From Octopus vulgaris (lineage: Eukaryota), in contig OX597814.1 in NCBI GenBank assembly GCA_951406725.2, positions 223,944,001-224,008,000 on the forward strand: DNA of 64,000 nucleotides, in the 5' to 3' direction. The translations under genes were made by a program, and so were the position numbers. Shown piece after piece: positions 1 to 10,884 of this stretch; position 1 is the stretch's first letter; every line of letters begins with the position of its first letter. The notes beneath the pieces are model-generated. The model did not search any database and was not told where the DNA came from. It was given only the letters and a program-made list of their open reading frames with translations.

Positions 1-78
1 CCTTGAATGAAACTAGGGATGTTGAAACTCAGCAGAAACTTATCACACAGTACCTGTTGAAGGTGTGGTGATTGTGGG

Positions 79-346
79 CATGGGCGTGGGAACAGAGGGT
101 GTAGGGGGTGCACTTGCACTCCCTGAAATTCTTGTGGTGTGCAAAAATCAAAATTTGCACCCCTACTTACTTTTCTCAGATTTAGAAAGCAGTGAGTAAA
201 AGGTGATCTGTAAAAAGTACCTTGGATTAGGTTCCTTCTCAAAGAACAAAGAACATAAATAAATAAAACAAAAAACATGACCTTCTTTGTAAAAATTTTG
301 GGGTCTGGGTTTGCACCCCTAAGCAAACTTCATTCCAGAGCCAGTG
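79..346. mobile_element. Degenerate MITE-like element
   Basis: Imperfect terminal inverted repeats CATGGGCGTGGGAAC (79-93) / ATTCCAGAGCCAGTG (332-346), with internal GGGGTGCA/TGCACCCC subterminal motifs. No clean TSD. Confidence 0.3.
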
Positions 347-675
347 GTTGTGGAAGGACTTTTAATCAGTTATCCTGGTTTCATACCAGTAATTTGGCCC
401 TTGGAACCTTTTAGTAGAGTTTACTCTGTTGCAAGTATTCTCACACAGTCTTAAGTCTGAGGTTAAAAAATTTAATATTTTGATACTCTGCTGCCTCACT
501 TTTTTCACAACTAAGGCATCAAAAAGAAAAACGATAACTCTCACAATACAAAAAAATTCCAACAAATTATCTAAATCTATAAAACTATTCCAAACCTAGA
601 AAGAAAAAGGAATGTTTATAACAGAATTAAATTTATGCAATGCAAAGATTTCTTTTATTTATATATGTATGTATA

Positions 676-800
676 TCATCATCATCATCATCATCGTTGT
701 CGTCGTTTAACGTCCGCTTTCCATGCTAGCATGGGTTGGACGGTTTGACTGTGGGCTGGCGAACCAGATGGCTGCACCAGGCTCCAGTGTTGATCTGGCA
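676..800 (-). mobile_element. RTE-clade LINE 3' end fragment
   Basis: Reverse complement of the recurrent tail CCAACCCATGCTAGCATGGAAAGCGGACGTTAAACGATGATGAT. A short opposite-orientation tail lies at about 826-867. Confidence 0.75.
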
Positions 801-1270
801 GAATATATATATATATATATACATATCGGACGCTAAACGACGATGATGATGATGATGATGATGATGACATATACACACATATACATACATATATGCATAT
901 ACACATACACACACATATACATACATATATGCATATACACATACATATATACATACACATATACACATACATATATATACATATATACATATATTCATAC
1001 ATACATATATAGAGAGAGAGACAGACAGACATATATATATATATAGAGAGAGAGAGAGGTAGTAATGGAGATAAACACAGTTAGGCTCAATATAAATATT
1101 GATATAATTTCATAGAGCACAAAAGATACAGAATAAAACAGGAAAACATGCAATTTTGTAACTCAAGAGTTGTTTCAGGAAGCCCAGATTTACATAGCAA
1201 TCATAATAATCATTCACTGTAGATGTGCAAAGTGTCATGGATATGTAATTGGTAAACAGTCAAATGAAAA

Positions 1271-1354
1271 AGCTCAGTCGGTAGAGCATCAGACTTTTAT
1301 ATACTGACCTTGGAGGTTATCTGAGGGTCGCAGGTTCGAGTCCCTCTGCGGGTG
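1271..1354 (+). pseudogene. 5'-truncated intron-containing tRNA-Lys(UUU) pseudogene
   Basis: AGCTCAGTCGGTAGAGCATCAGACTTTTA [19-nt insert 1300-1318] ATCTGAGGGTCGCAGGTTCGAGTCCCTCTGCGGGTG matches the eukaryotic tRNA-Lys(UUU) D arm and anticodon arm. The insert is at position 37/38. The 5' acceptor strand is missing and the T stem has two mismatches. Confidence 0.85.
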
Positions 1355-1369
1355 TATGTATGTTCTACC

Positions 1370-1567
1370 TGACTGGCCCTCGTGCCGATGGTACGTAAAA
1401 GCACCCACTACACTCTCTGAGTGGTTGGCATTAGGAAGGGCATCCAGCTGTAGAAATTCTGCCAGATCAGATTTGAGTCTGGTGCAGCCATCTGGTTCAC
1501 CAGACTTCAGTCAAATCATCCAACCCATGCTAGCATGGAAAGCAGACATTAAACAATGATGATGATG
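1370..1567 (+). mobile_element. RTE-clade LINE 3' UTR fragment
   Basis: Same 3' UTR and (GAT)n tail as the ORF-linked copy at 23835-24320. Confidence 0.8.
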
Positions 1568-1582
1568 AAGACATTACATTAT

Positions 1583-1811
1583 ATTTCTTTACTACCCACA
1601 AGGGGCTAAACATAGAAGGGACAAACGAGGACAGACAAACGGATTAAGTCGATTATATCGACCCCAGTGCGAAACTGGTACTTTATTTATCGACCCCGAA
1701 AGGATGAAAGGCAAAGTCGACCTCGGCGGAATTTGAACTCAGAACGTAATGACAGACGAAATACCGCGAAGCATTTCGCCCGGTGCGCTAACGTTTCTGC
1801 CAGCTCGCCGC
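1583..1811 (-). mobile_element. tRNA-derived SINE with Meta-like central domain
   Basis: Minus-strand head GGCGGCGAGCTGGCAGAA...GAGTTCAAATTCC and central TTTGCCTTTCATCCTTTCGGGGTCGATAAA. Flanked by direct repeat CATTACATTAT. Confidence 0.85.
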
Positions 1812-1864
1812 CATTACATTATGTCTAGCAGCTACCGTCATCCAGAGAAGACTGGAAAATATGT

Positions 1865-1904
<40 letters not shown>

Positions 1905-1905
<1 letters not shown>

Positions 1906-2079
1906 GGGGAGTTCACGAAAAAAAGACAAAGACAGGTGGTGTACAAAACAAACAGATGTATTAGTATAACGATCAGGAATAGAAAAAGTCTGTTACATTT
2001 TGAGCCTACGCTCCTCTACAGAGAGGGACACAGAGAGAAAAAAAAGGAGAGAAAAAATGCGTGTAGTGGCTACCGATCT

Positions 2080-2083
<4 letters not shown>
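1905..2083 (-). mobile_element. Penelope-like pLTR fragment with degenerate hammerhead-like motif (1988-2026)
   Basis: Minus strand reads CTGTAGA-G-GAGC-GTAG-GCTC-AAAA-TG-TA. Stem II is intact; the core deviates (A6U, G12A). It sits between (GT)n and (TA)n. Confidence 0.45.
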
Positions 2084-2121
<38 letters not shown>

Positions 2122-2174
2122 CTGAGCACCACACATCAGCTCAATGACCTTTTCCAGCTAGCACTTTTTCCAAA

Positions 2175-2212
2175 TGTCCTGAAGAAGGGGTTTTCACCCA
2201 GAAATATAGAAC
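2175..2212 (+). ncRNA. Minimal type I hammerhead motif in a PLE-like fragment
   Basis: TGTC-CTGAAGA-AGGGGTTTTCACCCA-GAAA-TA-TA-GAAC: intact core boxes, GGG/CCC stem II, palindromic ATAT stem III, weak stem I. Confidence 0.55.
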
Positions 2213-2329
2213 TACAAGGTAAAACTGCAGCTTTGTTCTGTTTCCTTTTCCTTATGTATTTTACTTTGAACCTTCTTATATTGTTCCAGCCTTACACAAC
2301 AACTTTCTTTATATAAAATCATCATTATT

Positions 2330-2620
2330 CAATTGCAGTGTGGAAGGTGTTTATAAGCTATTTAAGAAACACACAAAAACCGTTAGATTCACTTCAACAT
2401 TTAAATTTAATTTGTCAAAATATTTTCAGAGTTTTGAGACCATGACCTGTTCACTGACAAAACACTGAAATATTTTGACAAATTAAATTTAAATGTTGAA
2501 GTGAATCTAACGGTTTTTGTGTGTTTCTTAAATAGCTTATAAACACCTACCACACTGCAATTGTTTTCGTTCCAGCACACGATCTCGGATCAGGTCACTT
2601 GCTATGCCAGTACATATCCA
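2330..2620. mobile_element. Penelope-like inverted pLTR fragment (about 100-bp arms, 2330-2429 / 2465-2563)
   Basis: Near-perfect inverted repeat. Same family as 14397-14590. Contains a hammerhead-like motif on the minus strand. Confidence 0.65.
2411..2461 (-). ncRNA. Hammerhead-like motif with G3-C8 core variant
   Basis: Minus strand TTTGTCA-GTGAACA-G-[decayed stem II]-GAAA-ATAT-TT-TGACAAA: perfect 7-bp stem I and palindromic AATATT stem III. Confidence 0.55.
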
Positions 2621-3304
2621 TTATTATTCAACATCTCCATATTATGGTGCAGACATAGCTCTGTAGTTATCAAGTTTGCTTCCCAACTATATGGTTTGGA
2701 GGCCACTCCTGCTGTCTGGCCCCGCCGATGCAAAAGCATTCCATGGTAGTCCCATGCCAAACAAAGTCTTGTGAGCAGATTTGGCAGACAGAAACTGAAA
2801 GAAGCCCATCAATAATATGTAGATATCAATATACATACATGTGTATGTATGAGTGTATGTTTGTTTGATGAACTGCTTTGTCTTGACATCATGTTATTGC
2901 TGTAAATGAACGTCATTCATTTCCTACATTCTACATAAAAAACATATCTGGCCATAGAGGAATATTTACCTTGCTTGAAAACAAATAAAAGCTGGCAATA
3001 GAAAGGGTATCCAGCAGCAGAAAATCTGCCTCAACATATTCCATCTGATTCACCCTGTAAAAAAACATCCTGTACATTCTGTAAGATGGTTGGAATTGGG
3101 AAGGACATCCAGTGGTACAAAGAATACCGAAGCAGACATTAGAGCTTAACACAGCCCTTGGCCCATCAGTTCTTGTCAAACCATCCAACCCAAGCCAGAA
3201 GGCAGATGTTAAATAATGATATATACATATATACATGCATGCATATAAATATATGTATATATATGTGTGCATGTATATGTGTGTATAAGTAGCATACAAC
3301 TGAA

Positions 3305-3727
3305 TCAGACTGTGTGGTAAGAAGCTTGCTTCCCAACCACATGGTTCCGGGTTCAGTCCCATTGCGTGGCACCTTGGGCATGTGTCTTCTACTATAGCCT
3401 CGGACTGACCAAAGCCTTGTGAGTGGATTTGGTAGACGGAAACTGAAAGAAGCCTGTCATATATGTGTGTGTGAGTGCGTGTGTGTGTGTGCGTGTGTGT
3501 GTGTGCGTGTGTGTGTGTGTCTGTGTTTGTCCCCATCACCATTGCTTGACAACCGATGCTGGTCTGTTTATGTCCCTGTAACTTAGCAGTTCGGCAAAAG
3601 AGACCGATGGGCTTACAAAGAACGAGTACAGGGATGGATTTCTTCAAATAAAACCCCTTAAGGCAGTGCTCCAGTATGGCCACAGTCAAATGACTGAACC
3701 GAGTTAAAGAATAAAAGAATAAAAGAA
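3305..3727 (+). mobile_element. tRNA-derived SINE with CORE-like domain and internal microsatellite
   Basis: A/B-box head (GTGTGGTAAG...GGTTCAGTCCC), ACCTTGGGCA CORE-like motif, internal (GT)n, tail CCAGTATGGCCACAGTCAAATGACTGAA plus (AAAAGAAT)n. Confidence 0.85.
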
Positions 3728-3989
3728 TATATATATATTTGTACTGTGTGAAAGAAACTGTGGTATGAAAAACTGAAGTGAGCTAAAATGTAAATGAATG
3801 TTGGTAGAAGATTGAAACTAGAAGAGTGAAAAAATTATTTCAACAAATAACCATCAACATTGCATGGATATTTTAAACCAACTTTTTGACAACTTTAATG
3901 ACACATTCAGCTCTTGTCAGAAAAAAGGTCAGTGAGCCTGTCAGAATTTTGAAAACAGAATATAACAAACTCTCTTGTATACATGAATG

Positions 3990-4015
3990 TATGTACTTGT
4001 GTGTATGTGTGTATT

Positions 4016-4046
<31 letters not shown>

Positions 4047-4170
4047 GTGTGTGTGTATGTATATATATATATATGTGTGTGTGTATGTATATATATATAT
4101 ACACATATATATACATATATACATATATATATACATACACATATATATACATATATACATACACATATAT

Positions 4171-4215
<45 letters not shown>

Positions 4216-4290
4216 CATGCATATATATACATATATACACATATATATATACATAATATATATGTGTATATATATATATATATATACATA
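3990..4290. repeat. Compound (GT)n/(TA)n/(TACA)n microsatellite
   Basis: Directly visible. Source of several spurious Y/I/H/T/C/V-rich ORFs. Confidence 0.95.
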
Positions 4291-4428
4291 GACAGACAGA
4301 CAGACAAACAAACATATATCATCATCAACCTTTAACGTCCATTTTCCATGGTGGCATGGGTTGGAAAGTTTGACCAGAGTTGGCAAGCCAGAGAGTTGCA
4401 CCAGGTTCTAGTCTGATTTGGCTTGGTT

Positions 4429-4459
<31 letters not shown>

Positions 4460-4689
4460 CCACATACATGCATATATCATCATTTTACATCCAATTTCTA
4501 TATTCAAAGTTAGTCCCCTCCTAGACAAGTCAGAGTTCAAGTCTCACTTGCACGTATCATTCTTTTTTTTAGCTTAGTTTTAAAAGCTTTCTCCAGGTAC
4601 AGCAGCTGGCTCATGGCTAAGTAATTCTTCAAGTCATGGCACATGCAAGAAAGCATTGGCAGTGCCTCATCCCATCAGAAATCCACACT

Positions 4690-5500
4690 GCATCTAATCT
4701 AGAATAACTCTTGATCTAATCAATTGAGCTAGGGCTCTTTCAGTGACTGTCATAACCTAATGACCTGGGCATTATTGTCGACTGCGATTTACATTGGACA
4801 AAACACATTGCTAAAATTGCCAAGAAGGCTGAAGGTGTCTTGGCATCACTCACCAAGTCCTTTGTGAGCCGCTCTCCGGCTATCTATCTGAGGCTTTATA
4901 TAGCTATGGTGCGACCTCACCTGGAATTTGCATCACCGGTCTGGAACCCCTATCTTGCCCAGGATATTAATCGTCTGGAAGCCGTTCAGAGATGTGTAAC
5001 CAAGGGAAAACCATCCATGAGGCATATGCTATATTCTGAACGCCTTACTTCCCTGGGCATAGATACATTGAAACTCTGACGTGTGGGAGCTAACTTGGCA
5101 GACACCTATAAAATTATTAACCATCTTACAAACAATAACTCTGATCACCTTTTCAAACTCCACCTGTCTAACACCCGTGGACATGTTTACAAAGTCAGAA
5201 AACAGCACAGCTCCCATGACTTTTGGAAACATTTTTTCATGCTAAGAGTTGCTGAAGTATGGAACAAACCGCCAGCATCAGTTGTTAGTTGTTGGAGCAC
5301 TGCATCCTTCAAAACTTCCATGCCTTCTGAGATTCGCCAACACTACACCTGTTTTCTCCCCTCCATACACACGCAAGCATGTAGCTGACTCATACCCTGT
5401 TCGCTTTCCAGACATTTGTACATTACTGCATATGCTTTATGCGCACTTTTCACAAGTTGTGTTGCACCTGAGCACTGTATACAATAATTTCATCATTATT
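4690..5500 (+). mobile_element. CR1/L2-group LINE 3' fragment (RT C-terminus, decayed)
   Basis: ORFs 4840-5079 (LYIAMVRPHLEFASPVWNPYLAQDINRLEAVQR) and 5083-5388 (TRGHVYKV...FFMLRVAEVWNK) are typical of CR1-group ORF2 ends. In-frame stop; (ATT)n tail. Confidence 0.9.
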
Positions 5501-5517
5501 ATTATTATTATTATTAT

Positions 5518-5897
5518 TTTATACTTGTTTCAGTCATTTTGACTGCGGCCATGCTGGTGCACCGCCTTTAATTGAGCAACTCGACCCCGGGACTTATTCT
5601 TTGTAAGCCCAGTACTTATTCTATTGGTCTCTTTTGCCGAACCGCTAAGTAACGGGGATACAAACACACCAGCATCGGTTGTCAAGCAATGCAAGGGGGA
5701 CAAACACAGACACACACACGCATATATATATATATATACGACAGGCTTCTTTCAGTTTCCGTCTACCAAATCCACTCACAAGGCTTTGGTCAGCCAGAGG
5801 CTATAGTAGAAGACACTTGCCCAAGATGCCACGCAGTGGGACTGAACCCGGAACCATGTGGTTGGTTAGCAAGCTACTTACCACACAGCCACTCCTA
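5518..5897 (-). mobile_element. CORE-like tRNA SINE
   Basis: Full-length reverse-orientation copy of the 3305-3727 family. Confidence 0.9.
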
Positions 5898-6169
5898 TTT
5901 TTATTATTAATCCATCAGCTTGTTGCTTCTGCAACTTCCTTTCTCTCTCTCATTCGTCCGCATTGTTCTTGTGGTTGTTGATCATGATACTGCTACAGCA
6001 GTAACTGAGTATGACACCCTCCACTACTACCTGAAACAACTGTGATCCACATTGTCCAAACAATGTGTGTGTGGCAACACAACTGAAAGCCCAGCTGCTT
6101 TTTTTCTGCCTCTCATTTTGATACCAGCCAACCTGAACCTGCATCCAGTTTGATGTTATTCTTTTTTTT

Positions 6170-6395
6170 TTCTTTTACTTGTTTCAGTCATTTGACAGTG
6201 GCCATGCTGGAGCACTGCATTTAGTCAAACAAATCAACCCCAGGACTTATTCTTTGTAAGCTTAGTACTTATTCTATGAGTCTCTTTTGCTGAACCACTA
6301 AGCTACAGAGATGTAAACACACCAAGATCGGTTATCAAGCGATGGTGGGGGGACAAACACAGATATACAAACATATACACACATACATACATATA

Positions 6396-6451
<56 letters not shown>

Positions 6452-6602
6452 CAACTGGCTTCTTTCAGTTTCCATCTACCAAATCCACTCACAAGGCTTT
6501 GGTTGGCCCAAGGCTATAGTAGAAGACACTTGCCCAAGGTGCCATATAGTGGGACTGAACCTGGTAAAGAAGCTACTTATCACACAGCCAATCCTGCACC
6601 TA
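6170..6602 (-). mobile_element. CORE-like tRNA SINE
   Basis: Same family with expanded internal (TA)n. Confidence 0.85.
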
Positions 6603-7950
6603 TGATACAAATTCCCTAATTTAAAATGATCAAAATTAGAATCTTTTATGAAAATCCTATATACTTTCTTAGTTTCAAAATTAATTGAAACTCTGCCTGC
6701 ATCTTTCAACAGATAAATGGTAATTTCATGTTAATGTTTCAAACACAAGCTTAATAATGGCAAAGGTATTATCATTAAATTCCTGATTTTCAAATCTAAC
6801 TGGGATAGAGGCAGTGTATTTTAACAAAAGGATTAATCACTATCAATATTACTACTATCAAACTTGTATATTTGGCCATTTTGTTGGCTCTACGAGAGTT
6901 GGTCCTCTCTTTTCTGTGCATTCTCCTCACACAGCAACCACTTATAATAACACTTTCATAATGCTTTTTTTTTCATCCACAGTGAAACTGTTATTAATTT
7001 TAACTAATTAAAGCTCAAACTGCAATTAAGTGCAATTTTAATTGACTTCTACCTTGTCTAAATAAGTGAGGAAATTAGCTATTACTATTCAAGAAAGATC
7101 ACAGACATTCGACTGAAAATATATGACAGCCCAGCTGATGGCTATCGTCAACAGATGCGTGTGTATGCATGTGTGTATATGTGTGCGATCACATGTAGAT
7201 TTGTGTGTGTATTGAGAAATAGTAAAGTAATGTGTACATAGCCATACCCACAAACCTGTACACTTTATCTCAACATACACCTCACTGCTAGCATAAATAT
7301 TTAGGTTTATCTAAGAATAACTTGTGAGAAAATCACTTGGTCCTTTTTTTATGAAGAATCACATAAACAGTCTCTGATTAAATCTCGCCAAATTTTCTTG
7401 GAGAATTTATACATTTTTTTCCCTAATTCCTTCATATGAAATGGCATCAGAGTTTGCAGTTGCCTTCAGTTAACAAAATATAGCATTACTGACCAAAATG
7501 ATCCAGATTTTTTATTCTGCAACAGTGATTTATTATATCTAATGATAATTTAGGTAATATAGGTAAGTCTGTTATATTTTAAGACATGATAACACTATAA
7601 TTAAAAAAAACATGCAATTAACATTTAGTGATAAGTTCAAATCCCACTTGGTAAGTGATTAACTCCATGTTAACTTGTTCACGTACACTATTCTATAATG
7701 AAACAGTGCAGGCAAAGACAACTGGCTGAGAATAGAGTTTTGCAATTAGGATGAAACAGGTCTTAGAATTGGTCCTGCTTGATGGCACCTCTAATAAATG
7801 TCTTGTACTATATAGCCCCAGTATTTGAAATTGTGTACATGGAAACTGTATGAAAGCCAGTCACATGGACTATAACTGTAACTGACAGGTCAAGCTTTAT
7901 CATGCATCATGTTGTCTGTTATTTTCTTTTCTCCCCCACCCCTCTCTCTT

Positions 7951-7983
<33 letters not shown>

Positions 7984-8086
7984 ATGTATGTATGTGCGTA
8001 TGTATGTATGTATTCATGCATGCATGCATGCATGTATGTATGCACGTATGCATGTATGTATGCATGTGTGTATATACACTTTTTCA

Positions 8087-8229
8087 AAAACCAACAAAAA
8101 TATTACGAATACTGTTACTCCGAGTTTCACGTTCACGGTCGTTGGCCAGTTTGTTTCTGAACGAAACTGTCCAATGAACAGGAATGTGAAACTCTGAGTA
8201 ACAATTTTTGTGATATTTTTGATGGTTTT
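8087..8229. mobile_element. Penelope-like palindromic fragment with two divergent degenerate hammerheads (8111-8150 minus, 8166-8205 plus)
   Basis: Plus: ACTGT-CCAATGA-ACA-GGAA-TGT-GAAA-CTC-T-GAG-TA-ACAAT. Minus: ACTGG-CCAACGA-CCG-TGAA-CGT-GAAA-CTC-G-GAG-TA-ACAGT. Imperfect inverted arms of about 65 bp. Confidence 0.55.
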
Positions 8230-8611
8230 TAATTTATGTGCTTATTCTGATGTGTATACATATATATACACACACTCTCGTAGTGGTTGGCGTTAAGAAG
8301 GGCATCCAGCTGTAGAAACTCTGTCAGGTCAGATTGGAGCCTGGTGCAGCCATCTAGCTCACCAGTACCAATTCAAACCGTCCAACCCATGCCAGCATGG
8401 AAAGCGGACGTTAAACGATGATGATGATATATCATAAAGGTGACTTGATGCAATATAAAACCAAAAAGGAAACAATTCAATTGTCACTAACTAATAGTGT
8501 CTGAGGGTGCATGGTAGCACATACATTGCTAGAAATAAGAGTCAAAGACCCTTATAGCCACAAGCAGCACAAGTCTATGCACATAGATGATGGTTAACAT
8601 GATGGCAAACA

Positions 8612-8843
8612 AGGCGGCGAACTGGCAGAAACGTTAGCATGCTGGGCAAAATGCGTAGCCGTATTTCATCTGCCGTTACGTTCTGAGTTCAAATTCTACC
8701 GAGGTTGACTTTGCCTTTCATCCTTTCGGGGTCAATAAATTAAGTACCAGTTACGCACTGGGGTCGATATAATCGACTTAATCCATCTGTCTGTCCTTGT
8801 TTGTCTCCTCTGTGTTTAGCCACTTGTGGGTAGTAAAGAAATA
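8612..8843 (+). mobile_element. Meta-like tRNA SINE with 18-bp TSD
   Basis: Full-length copy flanked by GGTTAACATGATGGCAAA at 8592-8609 and 8844-8861. Confidence 0.9.
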
Positions 8844-9789
8844 GGTTAACATGATGGCAAAGATGATGATGAAGAAGAGGATGAAGAAAGGATGCTGATG
8901 TTTAACCTCAGACCAAAACAGATCAAACAGACTTATGGCTGATGGGTAGTTGATCACATAGCTAACTGCTACCCTCGGATCTTTTTTTTTAGATAATACC
9001 ATGCAGCCCCACAAGTTGGGGGATCATAGTGGGGTACTGACATGTATTTCTTTGTATCTTTATTTGAAGTGTAATGTAGAAATCTGCACATTTTGTAGTG
9101 AGACATGCACATTTTGTGACATTGGGTGCAATACAGCCGTTTTGTTGACTGAGGAAGGCAAACATTTTCTTTATATGTGGGGTGCAGTAAGAAAGTCTGC
9201 ACGTGCTGTACTGAAATATGCATGCATCTTTATCGCAGTGCAGTGTAAAGCCTGAGTGCATACTAAAACATGCATATTTCTTTACACTCTCAGAGTATGG
9301 AAGTCTACACATGTTGCTATCCAGACAAGTTTGTTAAACATGTTGCTGCTGTTTAACTCCAAGTCATCCCCGATTGAGCTAACAAATAATCAAAGGTATT
9401 CCAGCCATGACCAACACAAGCTTTGAAGACTATATAGGACTTCAGTTTCTTGTGAGAATTTCCTTGTATAAGACAGGGGATCAGATATTTGAAGTTTAGC
9501 TGCTATTTCAAGCAGGTTAGATAATAGCATAGAGGTTCCATCATTTGCCTTGTCAAATGATTTTTCCTCTTCATGTTTAACCCCAGGCCAAACAGACCTA
9601 TGATCTAAGTGACCCCAAGGATGACCACCCCATCATTTTAAAAGTATGTTGGGTAACATTATTTAACGTTCTGTCCTCATACAAAGTGATAATGTATGCT
9701 TTGAAGTAAATTTGGCAGTTGTTTTCAGCAGGTCAAACAAGCACATAGCAACTTCATTTGTATAAGTCCTCATAGTGACCACAGTATAA

Positions 9790-10160
9790 GCAAGTAAGCT
9801 TCACTTGGAGTGCAACAACTGTTGACCATTTACTTCCACTAGAATGGAAGACCAATACTGCACACTCCAATATGCAGCAGTTAATAAATATTGCATGCAG
9901 TGTTCATGCGATGAGCTTGCAGAATTATTAGCACACCAGGCAAAATGCTCAACTTTCTCTGTCATGGTCAATGCGATGATCACACGCTACACACCTTCCT
10001 TCCAAGCACTGCTATAAACAACAGAAGTGAGCGAGAATGCTAAAACTTAGTACACATGCACAGCAGAGTTCAAGGTCAGTCTGTGCAAAGCAGCTTCACT
10101 CTGCATGCTTTAGCTCTTCATTACTGTGGCAATAGTCCGGATACTTATAGATCAGACCGT
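9790..10160 (-). mobile_element. Mariner-like transposon end fragment
   Basis: AGTCCGGATACTTATAGATCAGACC (about 10134-10158) resembles the reverse complement of mariner-type TIRs. No partner TIR found. Confidence 0.4.
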
Positions 10161-10530
10161 GTCTATTTATCAGAAAACTGAATGAGAGAACTGAGTTTCT
10201 AGAATGGTAGATCTGTGTGGATGGTGGTTGTGGGTGATTTGTATTGGTTTGTATATGTAGTGGCTGAGTCTGTTGGAGTTTGCTGCAACAAAATAATGCT
10301 GCTCCTTATGTGTCCAAGTGATCTGTCATTATAAATATTTTTTTGCTTTGTTGCATAAGTGACATGTCAGAGTGGATTCGTGTGCAGTCTATTATGTTCT
10401 CTGTAGCAATACGGGGAGAGAACAGGCAAGCTAGACAGCAACAAATAGAACACACAGCTCATTTGTAATAGCTAACAGAGCAAGAAACACACGTGTCGGA
10501 TAAACAGTGACAAATAACAAATACTTTACA

Positions 10531-10884
10531 ACAGATAGCTAATGACAGGTACACCACATCACTACCAACAGATAGAACAATTAGAGAGGAACAGCTATGT
10601 GGCAACTGGTACAGCAGATAGCTAACCACATATGCAACAAACAGCTCAACTAATAGCAGATCCCTCGTATAATAACCAGTGATATATACAACAGTAAGTG
10701 AATGAGTCAAGAGATTACTGACAGATTCAACAGATAGCTAACCACTGCACTTGAATAGATTAAGAGAATGATTAACAAGCGAGAATGAAGCACCTACCAA
10801 CAAGTAAAATAGAAATAGCTAACTATTCTTTGGAAGAGTGACAGAACAGATTAGCTAGTGACAAACACGACAGATAGCTAACAA
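10531..10884 (+). repeat. Dispersed ACAGATAGCTAA motif cluster
   Basis: Exact or near-exact copies at 10531, 10614, 10730 and 10870; variants at 10568, 10811 and 10846; non-repeating spacers of unequal length. Confidence 0.6.

Noticed and set aside
362-565. 67-aa minus-strand ORF as the next laminin exon
   Set aside because: No CKCNGH or LE-domain cysteine pattern and no convincing splice sites.
8969-9312. Overlapping Cys-rich ORFs
   Set aside because: Cysteines come from TG/CA-rich composition, with no laminin EGF spacing. Probably an unclassified repeat remnant.
10531-10884. CRISPR-like repeat-spacer array
   Set aside because: Repeats are only about 12 bp, spacers are very unequal, there are no cas genes, and the context is eukaryotic.
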